Notes under the pieces: model-generated
Database searches by the model: none
What the model was told of the DNA's origin: nothing
The model's input: only the letters and a program-made list of their open reading frames with translations
Shown here: piece by piece, positions 37,587-49,343 of the stretch
How positions within the stretch are numbered: position 1 is the stretch's first letter
Layout of the letters: every line of letters begins with the position of its first letter
Translations under genes and position numbers: made by a program
Origin: Acidobacteriota bacterium
Lineage (GTDB): Bacteria > Acidobacteriota > Vicinamibacteria > Marinacidobacterales > Marinacidobacteraceae
Assembly (NCBI GenBank): GCA_022828085.1
Contig: JAJEIY010000036.1
Coordinates: 151,783 to 215,782, forward strand
Reading direction: 5' to 3'
Length of the DNA: 64,000 nucleotides

Positions 37587-39194
37587 GTGTATCGAGAGCT
37601 GATCGTCACCAGCCTTCCGGGGGAGACCCGAATGGCCCTCCTCGAGGACGGCGTGGTGGTCGAACTTGGTGTAGAACACCGCTCCGAGCAGAGCGTGCTG
37701 CACGGGATCTACCGGGGGCGCGTTCAGCGGGTGGTGCCCAGCACGCAGGCGGCCTTCCTGGACATCGGCCTGCACCGGAACGCGTTCCTGCAGATCGACC
37801 AGGTTCCCCGGGGGGCGCTCGATGCCTGGCGGGAGGAAGGCCGGGTGCCCTCAGCCGACAAGGGCGGAGCCCCGAACGGAGGCGGGTCGGGAGAGCCCGG
37901 GCTCCGGCTGGAGAACCTGCTGCGCGCCGGACAGCCCGTACTGGTGCAGGTCGTCCGTGAGCCCTTGGGGCCGAAGGGCTACAAGGTCAGTTGCGACCTC
38001 AATCTCCAGGGGCGTTTCTTTGATTTTCGGCCCCTGGCGCCCACCGGCGTCATCACCTCGCGGGCCACCGCGGGACCCCGGGAACAGCTCCGCATCGCGG
38101 CGCTGGTCGAGCGCCGGAGCACGCTGAAAGGTGAGTGGGTAGCGCGCTCCACCGCGGAGCAACGCGATGAGGAGACGCTCTCGGCGGACATCACGCGCCT
38201 CGAAGCCGATTGGGCCGAGATCCGGAAAGAGAGTCTCTCGGGTCCGCCCGCGTGTCTCCGGGCCGAGGTGCCGATGGTGTTCCGTTACATCCGCGACGTG
38301 CTCTCGTCGGGATTCAGCGTCATCCGGGTCGACAGCGAAACTCTCTACGGGCGGATGGTGAACTTCATCCGCCAGTTCCTTCCCGGAATGGAGCACAAGG
38401 TTCGGCTCTACTCGCGGAACTATCCGATCCTGGAGGAATACGGCGTCGAGGTGGCCTTCGAGCAGGCGACCCGGCGCCGCGTGCGGCTCCCCTCGGGTGG
38501 ATCGATCATCATTGATCAGACCGAGGCGCTGGTGGCGGTGGACGTGAACACCGGCAGCTTCACCGGAGACACGGGAGAGCGCGACGAGACGAACACCGTC
38601 ACCAATCTCGAGGCGGCGGTGGAGACCGCGCGCCAGCTCCGGTTGCGCGGACTCGGCGGGATCATCGTGATCGATTTCATCGACATGAAGGAGGGCCGGA
38701 ACCGGGATCGCGTCTTCCGGGCGCTGCAGGCCGAACTTCGCCGGGATCCTGCGTTTACCCGGGTCGCCCCGCCCGAATCGCGGGCCGGGCTCGTCATCGT
38801 TACCCGGAAACGGGAACGCCCCTCGCTCGAGTCCGCGCTCCTGGCTTCCTGTCCGGCGTGCCGGGGGTCCGGCCGGGTGCGGTCCCTGGGCGCCGTTTGC
38901 CAGGACGTGCTGGTACGGGCCCAGAAGAAGTCGGGGGAGTTCACCACCGGGCTCGTGATTCGCGCCGCGCCCTCCGTGGCGTCGGCCATTCGCCGGTCCG
39001 CCGTCCTGCCGGAGATCCGGACGGTAGTGGCTGGGCCGGTGGAGATCGAGGACGCTCCAGCGCTCCCGGAACCGCAGTTCGAACTCGTTCCGGGGCCGGC
39101 AGTTCACGATGGCGACGGCGAGACACGGTCCGACGCCGCGCGGGAGTTCCTCCCGGACCCGGCCGTTCGGGAGCCGAGCCTGGAGTCCGCGTGA
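37587..39194 (+). CDS. rng: ribonuclease G/E family (Rng/CafA)
   Basis: 535 aa; S1 domain, catalytic DNase-I-like region (AVDVNTG) and zinc-link CPACRGSG. Confidence 0.9.
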   Translation: MYRELIVTSLPGETRMALLEDGVVVELGVEHRSEQSVLHGIYRGRVQRVVPSTQAAFLDIGLHRNAFLQIDQVPRGALDAWREEGRVPSADKGGAPNGGGSGEPGLRLENLLRAGQPVLVQVVREPLGPKGYKVSCDLNLQGRFFDFRPLAPTGVITSRATAGPREQLRIAALVERRSTLKGEWVARSTAEQRDEETLSADITRLEADWAEIRKESLSGPPACLRAEVPMVFRYIRDVLSSGFSVIRVDSETLYGRMVNFIRQFLPGMEHKVRLYSRNYPILEEYGVEVAFEQATRRRVRLPSGGSIIIDQTEALVAVDVNTGSFTGDTGERDETNTVTNLEAAVETARQLRLRGLGGIIVIDFIDMKEGRNRDRVFRALQAELRRDPAFTRVAPPESRAGLVIVTRKRERPSLESALLASCPACRGSGRVRSLGAVCQDVLVRAQKKSGEFTTGLVIRAAPSVASAIRRSAVLPEIRTVVAGPVEIEDAPALPEPQFELVPGPAVHDGDGETRSDAAREFLPDPAVREPSLESA

Positions 39195-39646
39195 GCCGGG
39201 AAAGCCGGCCCGTGACGGTTCGGCTCGACGTCGAGACCCGAATCGAATGGGTTGAAGTCGTGCTCGGAGTCTTCGAGCGTCATTGCGCCCAGTGCGGCTA
39301 TGGGGCGGATGCCACGCACTGGATGGGGGCGGCGGTCCGGGAAGCCGTCACGAACGGGATGCGGCATGGGAACCGCATGGATCCCGGGAAACGCCTGCGG
39401 GTCGAGATTGAAACCCGCGACAGCGATGGCGGCGGTCCTGCCGTCGAGGTCGCGGTGGAGGACGAGGGAGAGGGTTTCGACACCGCGGAGGTGCCGGACC
39501 CGCTGCTGGAGGACAACCTGCTCAAGGACAGCGGGCGCGGCATCTTCTTCATGCGTCAGTTCATGGACGGGGTGACCTGGACCCGGACCGACCGCGGGGG
39601 AACGCGCGTGGTGCTGGTCCAGCGGCAGGTGCCCGGCTCACCGTGA
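39191..39646 (+). CDS. GHKL-ATPase anti-sigma regulatory factor (RsbW/SpoIIAB-like serine kinase)
   Basis: About 151 aa; HATPase_c N-box (EAVTNGMRHG) and G-boxes (DEGEGF, GRGIFFM). GTG start overlaps the rng stop. Confidence 0.7.
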   Translation: MSRESRPVTVRLDVETRIEWVEVVLGVFERHCAQCGYGADATHWMGAAVREAVTNGMRHGNRMDPGKRLRVEIETRDSDGGGPAVEVAVEDEGEGFDTAEVPDPLLEDNLLKDSGRGIFFMRQFMDGVTWTRTDRGGTRVVLVQRQVPGSP

Positions 39647-40482
39647 GAAGCGCCGCCGGCCGGGCCTGCGTCGAAGCGGCGGAAGCCGGAGCCGGCATCG
39701 TTCGGAGGGCCCACCGCGCCCGCGCGGAGCGGGCCTTCGGAGTCGATCTCAAGGGACCCATCGACCTGGTGACGGCGGTGGACCACGCCGCCGAGACCGC
39801 GATCGTCGAGTGCCTGCAGCGGCTGCAGCCTTCGGTGCCCATCCTGGCGGAGGAGCGCGGAATGGTCGGCGGTTCGAAGGCCGGGTGCCGCTTCATCGTC
39901 GATCCGCTGGACGGAACCACCAACTTCGCCCACGGGTTTCCGGTGTTTGCCGTGTCCATCGGCTACGAGGAGGACGGGGAAGTCGTCGCCGGGGCGGTGC
40001 TCGATCCCCTTCGGGAAGAACTGTTCACCGCGGAGGTGGGCGGCGGAGCGCACCTGAACGGCGTTCCGATTCGCGTCTCGCCGACGGCGGAGATGCAACA
40101 CGCCCTGCTTGCCACCGGGTTTCCCTATTCCCGCGAGGCGATGGATCGGGCGCTGGATCTGTTCGTTCGCATCATGCGGCGCGTGCGGGCGGTGCGCCGC
40201 GCCGGCTCGGCCGCGCTGGATCTGTGCTGCGTGGCCGCGGGACGCCTCGACGCGTTCTGGGAGGAGACGCTCCGAGCCTGGGACACCGCCGCCGGGGAAG
40301 TGATCGTGCGGGAGGCCGGCGGGCTCGTCTCGGACTTTGACGGTGGACCGTTCTCGAACGGCGGCCCGAACATCGCGGTGTCGAACGGGGCGCTGCATCC
40401 GGCCCTGCTGGAGATCCTCGCCGAAGCGAGGGCCGGCGGGCGCCCGGAAGCGAGCGTCGTGTCGTCGGGTTCCGGCCGCTAG
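39643..40482 (+). CDS. suhB: inositol monophosphatase family protein (SuhB-like)
   Basis: 279 aa; motifs VDPLDGTTNF and WDTAAG. Confidence 0.85.
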   Translation: MRSAAGRACVEAAEAGAGIVRRAHRARAERAFGVDLKGPIDLVTAVDHAAETAIVECLQRLQPSVPILAEERGMVGGSKAGCRFIVDPLDGTTNFAHGFPVFAVSIGYEEDGEVVAGAVLDPLREELFTAEVGGGAHLNGVPIRVSPTAEMQHALLATGFPYSREAMDRALDLFVRIMRRVRAVRRAGSAALDLCCVAAGRLDAFWEETLRAWDTAAGEVIVREAGGLVSDFDGGPFSNGGPNIAVSNGALHPALLEILAEARAGGRPEASVVSSGSGR

Positions 40483-40485
40483 CCG

Positions 40486-41244
40486 TCAGAAGCGGACGCG
40501 AAGGCCGAAGAGCGCGCCGGTGCGCGCCACCCCGAGGTCCCCGAAGTCCGAGAAACCGTCGCGGTGCCGGCCCTCGCCACGGGAGTAGCGGAACTCACCG
40601 AAGACATCCAGCCGCCGCCCGAAGGGCATCCGGATCACCGCGAAGTCGAAACCCGCGCCGGCGAAGAATCCCGTGAAGGAAGATCGGTCTTCGAGTTCGT
40701 CGTAGTAGATGTCGAAGTTCTCGAAGTTCACGAATTCGCCCTGTTCCGAGTACTTGTAAATCGTCCGGGCCAGGCCGAACACGACGTAAGGATTCCCTCG
40801 CCCTTGCTGAAAGGGGCGGATGCGGACGCCGAGCGTGTAGTCGGTCAGGCTGAGCAACGCCGAGTGATCGATCTCGGACCCGTCCTCGTAGACCAGGTCC
40901 AGGTAGCTTCCCCGGGTCTCCGCCTGGCCGGTATCGAACCCGACGAGGATCTCCAGCATGGGAAGCAGCGCGTAGTCCAGTTCGAACCCGAGACGCCCGG
41001 ATCGGAAATCGTCCTCCGTGAGGCCGAACTCCGCCTCGTTGGCGTCAAAGAGCCGACTGTCGATCCGGAGCGCGCGGAACCCGCCGAACGCCGAGAAACC
41101 GTAGCGGGGCCGCGCGCCGGCGGACGGCGACCGGTCGGGGTCCCGGCTGCCGCGCGGGGGCTGCGCCTCCTCTTCGGCCACGGCGGTGGTCGCGAGGCAC
41201 GCGGCCGCAATGAGACAGGTCAGGCTTCGGCCGAAGCGGGTCAT
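40486..41244 (-). CDS. outer-membrane beta-barrel protein (OMP_b-brl type), paralog 1
   Basis: 252 aa from MTRFGRSLTCLIAAACLATTAVA (signal peptide); alternating amphipathic beta strands; C-terminal ...LFGLRVRF with aromatic last residue. Confidence 0.65.
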   Translation of the reverse strand: MTRFGRSLTCLIAAACLATTAVAEEEAQPPRGSRDPDRSPSAGARPRYGFSAFGGFRALRIDSRLFDANEAEFGLTEDDFRSGRLGFELDYALLPMLEILVGFDTGQAETRGSYLDLVYEDGSEIDHSALLSLTDYTLGVRIRPFQQGRGNPYVVFGLARTIYKYSEQGEFVNFENFDIYYDELEDRSSFTGFFAGAGFDFAVIRMPFGRRLDVFGEFRYSRGEGRHRDGFSDFGDLGVARTGALFGLRVRF

Positions 41245-41315
41245 GGTGAGGTTCCTGCTGGCGGCGCCGATTGCGCCTACGCCAGCGCTGTCCGGTTGCC
41301 CCGGGTCAAGGAGCG

Positions 41316-42077
41316 CTACCACCGGACCCGTATGCCGAAGAGGCCGCCCGACCGGTCCAGCCTGAGGTCGCCGAAGCCGTCGAATCCCTCCGTGTGCCGG
41401 CCCTGGGACCGGACGTAGCGGAACTCGCCGAAGAGATCGAGGCTGCCGGCTTCACGAAACCGCACGACGGCCACGTCGGCGCCCGCGCCGGCGAAGAAAC
41501 CGGGCAGGAACGACGTCTCCTCGAACACGTCGTAGTAGATGTCCGCGGTCTCGAAGTCCACGAAATCGCCGATTTCCGTGTACCGGTAGTAGGCCCCGGC
41601 AAGACCGCCGACCAGGTAGGGGCGCACCCGCGCCGCGCCGCCGAGCAGCCGCAGCCGCAAGCCGAGGCTCAGGTCGGTCACGGCCAGACGCGCCGAGTGT
41701 TCGATCTCTCCTCCGTCGTCGTACACGAGGTCGAGGTAGGACCCATAGGTCTCAGCGTTTCCGTTGTCGATGCCGATCGAGATGTCTACCCGGGGAAGGA
41801 CGGCGAAGTCGAACTCGAAGCCGAAGCTGCCGGTCCGGAAGTCGTCATCGGTGATCCCGAAGTCGAACTCGTTCGCGGCGAAGAGATCGCTCGTCACGTT
41901 CAGCACGCGGAATCCGCCATAGCTCGAAAAGGCGTAGCGGGCCTCGCGCACGCTTCGTTGCGAGGCATCCGGATAGGGCCCCCGGCGCGGGGGTTGCCCG
42001 GACTCCGCTGCCGCCGTGGCGGTGGCCAGGCAGGCCGTTGCCAGCAGGGTCGTCAGGATGTGCCGCGTGCGGGTCAT
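41316..42077 (-). CDS. outer-membrane beta-barrel protein, paralog 2 (tandem duplicate)
   Basis: 253 aa from MTRTRHILTTLLATACLATATAAA; roughly half its residues are identical to paralog 1 over the whole length (e.g. GSYLDLVYDDG.EI.HSA, FTGFFAGAG.D.AV.R); ends ...LFGIRVRW. Confidence 0.65.
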   Translation of the reverse strand: MTRTRHILTTLLATACLATATAAAESGQPPRRGPYPDASQRSVREARYAFSSYGGFRVLNVTSDLFAANEFDFGITDDDFRTGSFGFEFDFAVLPRVDISIGIDNGNAETYGSYLDLVYDDGGEIEHSARLAVTDLSLGLRLRLLGGAARVRPYLVGGLAGAYYRYTEIGDFVDFETADIYYDVFEETSFLPGFFAGAGADVAVVRFREAGSLDLFGEFRYVRSQGRHTEGFDGFGDLRLDRSGGLFGIRVRW

Positions 42078-42268
42078 GGCGAGCTCCTTTCCAGGTGTCG
42101 GGTTGCGCTGGATCACGTTTCCGCAATGCCTGTGCCACGGCCGGCGCGGCTCGCTCGCCGTCAGCGCCGCGGCCGGCCGACCGCTCGCCCGCGGAACGCG
42201 GCCCGTCGGCCCGCGTTATATTCGTTTCCCGATGCTCTAGCGGGACCCGTCCAAGGAGGCCACCGTTC

Positions 42269-43837
<1,569 letters not shown>

Positions 43838-44035
43838 GACTCCCGCGGGACGCGTTTCCTACCGATTTGTAACATTCCGGACGGACCAGGGCCGCTACCC
43901 TCCGCCGGCAGTGTCTGCCGCACTGCCGCTCCGCGCTCAGTCATCCATGACGAAGCGAAATGCCGGTGCGGCGCCTTCCGGTTGCCCCGAGGATTTGCTG
44001 CCTGACCCCGCGCCGGGGACCTGTCGAGGGACGGC

Positions 44036-45205
44036 ATGATGGAACCCGGACGCGAACCCGGCGGGAGCCGGTTTGCCCAGTTGCCGCGCTTCGCGGGACT
44101 GATTCTGCTGTTCGTCCTCTTCCTGGGGGCGATCGACGGCTTGGGGGAGGGATTCAAGGGTCTCGGTTCCGGGCTCCTCGACGGCTTCTTCCAGGCTTCG
44201 GCGAACCCCTTCGTGGGACTCATCATCGGAATCCTGGCCACGACGCTGGTCCAGAGTTCCTCGGTCACCAGTTCGCTCATCGTGGGACTGGTCGCCGCCC
44301 CGGAGTCCCCGCTGCCGTTCGAACACGCCATCCCCATGGTGATGGGCGCCAACATCGGGACGACGGTCACCAACTCGATCGCCGCCCTCGGACACCTCCG
44401 GGACGGGAAGGAACTGCGGCGGGCCTTCGAGGTGGCCACCTGCCACGACATGTTCAACCTGATCGCGGTGGCCATCCTCCTGCCGCTCGAAATCGCCACC
44501 GGGTTCCTGGCGCGCCTCTCCGGCGTGATTGCCGGACAGTTCGGTGGTCTGCTCGGGACCGGCATCGACTACGAGAGTCCCCTCAAGGGCATCATCGAGC
44601 TGGTCCCCATGCCGATCCAGTGGTTCGCCGGCATCGTGACCGGCTCCGGCGAGGCGGCTGCCGCGCTCCTGGCCGTCGTATCGGTGGTGCTGCTGGTGGT
44701 CGCCCTCGGCCTGCTCGTCCGTACCCTGAAGAGCCTCTCCGCGGGCCGGGGCGAGGCTGCCCTCCACCGGGTGCTCGGCCGTCACGCGCTCCTGGCCATG
44801 GGAGCGGGGGCCGTGGTCACCGTGCTCGTCCAGTCCAGCTCGATCACCACGTCGATGCTGGTCCCGCTTGCCGGCGCCGGGCTCCTGCTCCTCGACGACG
44901 CCTTTCCGGTCACCCTCGGGGCGAACGTGGGAACGACGGTCACGGCGTTCCTTGCCGCCCTCGCGGTTTCCGGCGCCAACGCCCACTGGGGATTCCAGTT
45001 GGCGGTCGTCCACCTCCTGTTCAACCTGGTCGGGATCCTGATGGTCTACCCCGTCTCCCGGATCCGGCAGATCCCGCTGGCGGCGGCGCGCCGACTCGCG
45101 GACATCGCGGTGGCGAACCGGAGTCTGGCGATCGGCTACGTGATCGCAGTGTTCTACGGAATCCCGGCGCTGCTCCTGGTGATCAGCCGGGCGCTCGGTT
45201 TCTGA
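44036..45205 (+). CDS. Na+/phosphate cotransporter family protein (NptA/PF02690)
   Basis: 389 aa polytopic; duplicated LVQSSS(V/I)T signature motifs. Confidence 0.85.
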   Translation: MMEPGREPGGSRFAQLPRFAGLILLFVLFLGAIDGLGEGFKGLGSGLLDGFFQASANPFVGLIIGILATTLVQSSSVTSSLIVGLVAAPESPLPFEHAIPMVMGANIGTTVTNSIAALGHLRDGKELRRAFEVATCHDMFNLIAVAILLPLEIATGFLARLSGVIAGQFGGLLGTGIDYESPLKGIIELVPMPIQWFAGIVTGSGEAAAALLAVVSVVLLVVALGLLVRTLKSLSAGRGEAALHRVLGRHALLAMGAGAVVTVLVQSSSITTSMLVPLAGAGLLLLDDAFPVTLGANVGTTVTAFLAALAVSGANAHWGFQLAVVHLLFNLVGILMVYPVSRIRQIPLAAARRLADIAVANRSLAIGYVIAVFYGIPALLLVISRALGF

Positions 45206-45274
45206 GCCGACGGTCCGGCGGGAAGGTAGAGGCGGCGCGGGCAGATCCCCACCCAATCCGGGGTCGTGCCCGGC

Positions 45275-47101
45275 GCCCGTGACCCGAATCACTTCGGCAA
45301 CCGTGGTCTCGCCTTCCAGGAGAAGCCGCACTGCTGCCTGGCGGAGGCTGAGAACTCCCTGGCGGCGCGCGGAGCGGGCGAGGTCCTCCGTCGCGCAACC
45401 CGCCAGGACTTCGGCGGCTGCCCGGGTGTCGATGGGCAGGATCTCGAAGACGGCCCGGCGCCCCTGGTAGCCGGTGTCGCGGCAGCGCGCACAGCCGGCG
45501 CCCCAGCGGACCGGTCGGCCGGCTGCCGCGGAGGCTGAAAGGGTCTCCGCCTCGCCGGCCGAGACCGTGGTCTTGCGACTGCAGCCGCGGCAGATGGTGC
45601 GGACGAGCCGCTGGGCGACGACACCCACCAGTGTCGAGCCGATCAGGAAGCGCGGCACTCCAAGATCGGCAAGCCGCGTGATCGCGCCGGGAGCGTCGTT
45701 GGTGTGGAGCGTGGAGAGGACGAGGTGTCCGGTGAGGGCCGCCTGCACCGCCATTTCGGCCGTTTCGGCATCCCGGATCTCTCCCACCATGAGGATGTCC
45801 GGATCCTGGCGGAGCACGCTGCGAATCGCCGCGGCGAACGAGAAACGGATGCGGGGATTGACCTGTACCTGGCTGAGCGGCGGGAAGACCAGTTCCACCG
45901 GATCCTCGATCGTCACGACGTTCACCTCGGGCGTCGCGATGTGACGAAGCACCGAGTAGAGCGTGGTGGTCTTGCCGCTGCCGGTGGGGCCGGTGACCAG
46001 GACCAGTCCTTCCCGGCGGCTCAGCATCTGGCGGAGCCGCCGCTCCTCGTCCCCGGCCAGCCGGAGCTGTTCGAGCGACGAGACGAGGGCCGCGGGATCG
46101 AACACCCGCAGCACCGCCTTTTCGCCGAACACGGTGGGCAGGGTCGAAACCCGCAGCTCGATCTCCTTTCCCGATTCGATGCGCTTGATGCGACCGTCCT
46201 GGGGACGGCGTTTCTCGGCGATGTCGAGCCCGCTGAGCATCTTGAGGCGGCTGACGACGGCCTGGTACACGATGCGGGGGAAGGTGTGCATGGTCCGCAG
46301 GACGCCGTCCACCCGGAAGCGGACGACGGCGTGGTCCCGCTTGGGTTCGAGGTGGATGTCCGAAGCGCGGTGCTCGAACGCCTGGTGGAGGATGCTGTCG
46401 AGAGCGGCAACCACCGGGCGGGTCGTGGGCTCGAGGTCGCCGGCGGCCTCCGACTCCGAAACGAACTCCTGGTCCCCCGCGGGTGGGTTCGCGCGCTCGC
46501 CGTGGTCGTGGGTCAACTCGGTCTCCGCGGCGCGCAGGGACGTCCGCAGGTTGTAGAGGCTGCCGTTGATCCCTTCGATGTCGGAACGCGTCGCGACCAC
46601 GACCTTCACCCGAACCCCCAGGTATCGCTCGAGGTCCGCGATGGCCCCGCGGTCGAAGGGATTGGCGACCGCCACCGTCAGGGTGTCCGCGTCCCTGGCG
46701 AGGGCGCAGATGGTGTGCCGGCGGGCGAACGGCGCCGGCAGGGCGCCGGTCACTACTTCCGGGTTGAGTTCCAGCGGGTTGATCACCCGGAAGGGGAGTC
46801 CGGCGTCCAGCGCGACTGCCTGCGCGATGTCCTCTTCCGGGAGGATCCCCCCGGCCACTAGGGCGGCCTCGTGCTGCGGCGGAGGCAGCCGCCCGACAGC
46901 CGCGGCGCGGCCGGCCTCGGCGGCGGGGATGCGCCCCTGGCGGCGTAGCAGCGCCAGCAGGCCGGGAATCGGGTTCGGGACGGCGCGCGGAACCCCGGGC
47001 GCCGGGGTCTGCGGGGCGTCCCCGGGGTCGCGATGGACGGGGCCTCCGGCGGCACGGGGGGACACCGCCGCCGGCTCCGGGGCCTCTTCTGGATGCAACA
47101 T
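45275..47101 (-). CDS. GspE/PilB-family type II secretion/type IV pilus assembly ATPase; 3' end undefined because there is no in-frame stop before 43937
   Basis: N-terminal T2SSE_N domain; Walker A GPTGSGKTTTL; Asp and His boxes; tetracysteine CRGC...CARC; C-terminal TTVAEVIRVTG. ATG at 47101 is preceded by GGAGAGG; the track start at 47116 is a TTG. The ORF continues 1.3 kb past the conserved C-terminus, antisense to nptA. Confidence 0.8.
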
Positions 47102-47224
47102 GGAAAACCTCTCCAAGTCCTTAGACGCAGATCGGCCCGAAACTTTCCCGTTCCGGAGCGCAATGTGGAAAAGTCGAAGCGAAGCGCGCCTGCCGGCGGC
47201 GTCCGGAAGGGCCGGGCTCCGGTG

Positions 47225-47230
47225 TAGAAT
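47225..47230 (+). promoter_or_regulatory. possible -10 element (TAGAAT) for tRNA-Val
   Basis: TAGAAT lies 16 nt upstream of the mature tRNA 5' end. No convincing -35. Weak. Confidence 0.2.
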
Positions 47231-47246
47231 CGCGCCCCTCTCGGAC

Positions 47247-47321
47247 AGGCGCGTAGCTCAGGGGGAGAGCGCTACCTTGACGCGGTAGAAGTCGGCGGTT
47301 CAAATCCGCCCGCGCCTACCA
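47247..47321 (+). tRNA. tRNA-Val (anticodon GAC), CCA encoded
   Basis: Manual fold: acceptor AGGCGCG/CGCGCCT, D-arm GCTC-AGGGGGA-GAGC, anticodon arm CTACC-TTGACGC-GGTAG, T-arm GGCGG-TTCAAAT-CCGCC, discriminator A, CCA. Confidence 0.9.
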
Positions 47322-47441
47322 TTCCTCCGTTCGCGGGACCCCGCGGTTTCGAGTACGAGCCCGCCCCGGCTGCCGCACGCCACTGCCGGGCGGCGCCCGC
47401 CGGGTGTTGTGCGGCGCCCCCGGCCGGGATAAAAAGACAGC

Positions 47442-49343
47442 GTGCCTGCTTCCATCCGACTACGCCTTCCTGACGGGGGCGAGGTGCAACTCCCGGCGGG
47501 AGCGCCGCTTTCCGGGGTGGCCCCGGCTGCGGCGGTCGCCGCCACCGTCGACGGGCGGGAGGTGGACCTCGCCCACTGCCCCGACGCGGATGCCGAGGTG
47601 CGGTTCCTGACCCCGAAGGACTCTGACGGGCTCCACGTGTTTCGGCACAGTTCGGCCCACCTGCTGGCCGCCGCCGTCAAGGACCTGTTCCCGGACGCCC
47701 GCTACGGGATCGGCCCCCCGATCGAGGACGGCTTCTTCTACGACTTCCAGGTCGAGGAGCCCTTCACTCCCGAGGATCTCGAGCGCATCGAGGCGCGGAT
47801 GCGCGAGCTCGTGAAGGCGCGGGTGCCCTTCGAGCGCGAGATCCTCGACAAGGACGATGCCCTGCGGATCTTCGAAGATCAGGGCGAACTCCTGAAGGTG
47901 GAGCTGGTCCGCGAGAAGGGGGGCCAGCGGGTTTCCTGCTACCGGGTGGGGAGCTTCTTCGACTTCTGCGAGGGCCCCCACGTGCCGCACACCGGGGTGA
48001 TTCGGGCGCTCAAGGTGCTCTCGAGTTCCAACGCCTACTGGAAGGGGGACGCGCGGGGCATCCCCATGCAGCGGATCTACGCGACGAGCTTTACCGACCG
48101 GAAGGCGATGGCGGCCCATCTCTCCCGTCTCGAGGAGGCGAAGCGGCGCGACCACCGGCGGATCGGCCGCGAGCAGCGGCTCTTCCTGATCCTTCCGGAG
48201 GCCCCGGGGCAGGTGTTCTGGCTGCCCGCGGGGATGGGGGTGGTGAATCGGCTGCTCGATTCCATGCGGGAAAAGCTGGACCGCCGGTCCTACCAGGAAA
48301 TCCGGACTCCCCTGATCCTGAACGAGTCCGTCTGGGCCCGCAGCGGCCATCTCGACCACTACCGGGACAACATGTTCTTCATCGAGTCGGACGAGAACCG
48401 CTTCGGCGTCAAGCCCATGAACTGCCCCGGCGCGGCGCTGGTCTATCGATCCGACATCCGTTCCTACCGGGACCTGCCGCTCCGGCTCTCGGAATTCGGC
48501 CACTGCCACCGGTTCGAGCCCTCGGGCGTTCTCTCCGGGCTGACCCGGGTACGGGCCTTCACCCAGGATGACGCGCACGTCTACTGCCGCCTCGATCAGG
48601 TCAAGGCGGAGGTCCGCGATCTCGTGGACCTGGTGAAGGAGGTCTACGGCGAGTTCGGCTTCGAGGACATCCAGATCGAACTCTCGACCCGTCCCGAAAA
48701 GTCGGTGGGGAGTCCCGAGACCTGGGAACAGGCGGAAACGGCTCTCGCGGAAGCCCTCGCCGAATCCGGAGACAACTGGGTGGTGAATCCCGGAGACGGC
48801 GCGTTCTACGGTCCGAAGATCGACTTCCACGTCCGTGACGCGCTCCGCCGCAGCCACCAGTGCGCGACCATCCAGCTGGACTTTTCGCAGGCGCCGGCCT
48901 TCGATCTGAACTACGCGACGGAAGACGGCGGGCGGGAGCGCCCGGTCGTGATTCACCGGGCGATCCTCGGCTCCGTGGAGCGCTTCTTCGCCCTCCTCCT
49001 CGAGCACACCGGCGGGGCTCTCCCGGTCTGGATCGCTCCGCTACAGGCCGTGTTGATCCCCATCGCCGACCGGCACCAGGCGCACGCGGCGGAAGTGGCT
49101 GCCGCCCTCCGGGAGCGGGGCTTCCGGATCTCGGTCGACGACCGCCGGGAAAAGATGGGCTACAAGATTCGCGAGGCGGAAGTGGGGCGGGTTCCGTTCA
49201 TGGTGGTGCTCGGGGACCGGGAGGTGGAAGAAGGCACCCTCGCCGTGCGTACCCGGGGCCGGCGGGGCCAGGAAACCATGACGGCCGCCGCGCTCGTTGA
49301 ACGTCTCGACGAACTCACGCGAAGCCGGTCGCTCACCCCGTGA
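47442..49343 (+). CDS. thrS: threonine--tRNA ligase
   Basis: 633 aa; TGS domain, second additional domain, class II core motifs and anticodon-binding domain. Aligns along its full length with E. coli ThrS. Confidence 0.95.
   Translation: MPASIRLRLPDGGEVQLPAGAPLSGVAPAAAVAATVDGREVDLAHCPDADAEVRFLTPKDSDGLHVFRHSSAHLLAAAVKDLFPDARYGIGPPIEDGFFYDFQVEEPFTPEDLERIEARMRELVKARVPFEREILDKDDALRIFEDQGELLKVELVREKGGQRVSCYRVGSFFDFCEGPHVPHTGVIRALKVLSSSNAYWKGDARGIPMQRIYATSFTDRKAMAAHLSRLEEAKRRDHRRIGREQRLFLILPEAPGQVFWLPAGMGVVNRLLDSMREKLDRRSYQEIRTPLILNESVWARSGHLDHYRDNMFFIESDENRFGVKPMNCPGAALVYRSDIRSYRDLPLRLSEFGHCHRFEPSGVLSGLTRVRAFTQDDAHVYCRLDQVKAEVRDLVDLVKEVYGEFGFEDIQIELSTRPEKSVGSPETWEQAETALAEALAESGDNWVVNPGDGAFYGPKIDFHVRDALRRSHQCATIQLDFSQAPAFDLNYATEDGGRERPVVIHRAILGSVERFFALLLEHTGGALPVWIAPLQAVLIPIADRHQAHAAEVAAALRERGFRISVDDRREKMGYKIREAEVGRVPFMVVLGDREVEEGTLAVRTRGRRGQETMTAAALVERLDELTRSRSLTP

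Noticed and set aside
42038-42268. 5' extension of htrA (track start 42038)
   Set aside because: The upstream part overlaps the OMP paralog-2 start region and lacks signal-peptide character. An AAGGAGG RBS precedes the ATG at 42269 (MFRFLPAALALAG...).
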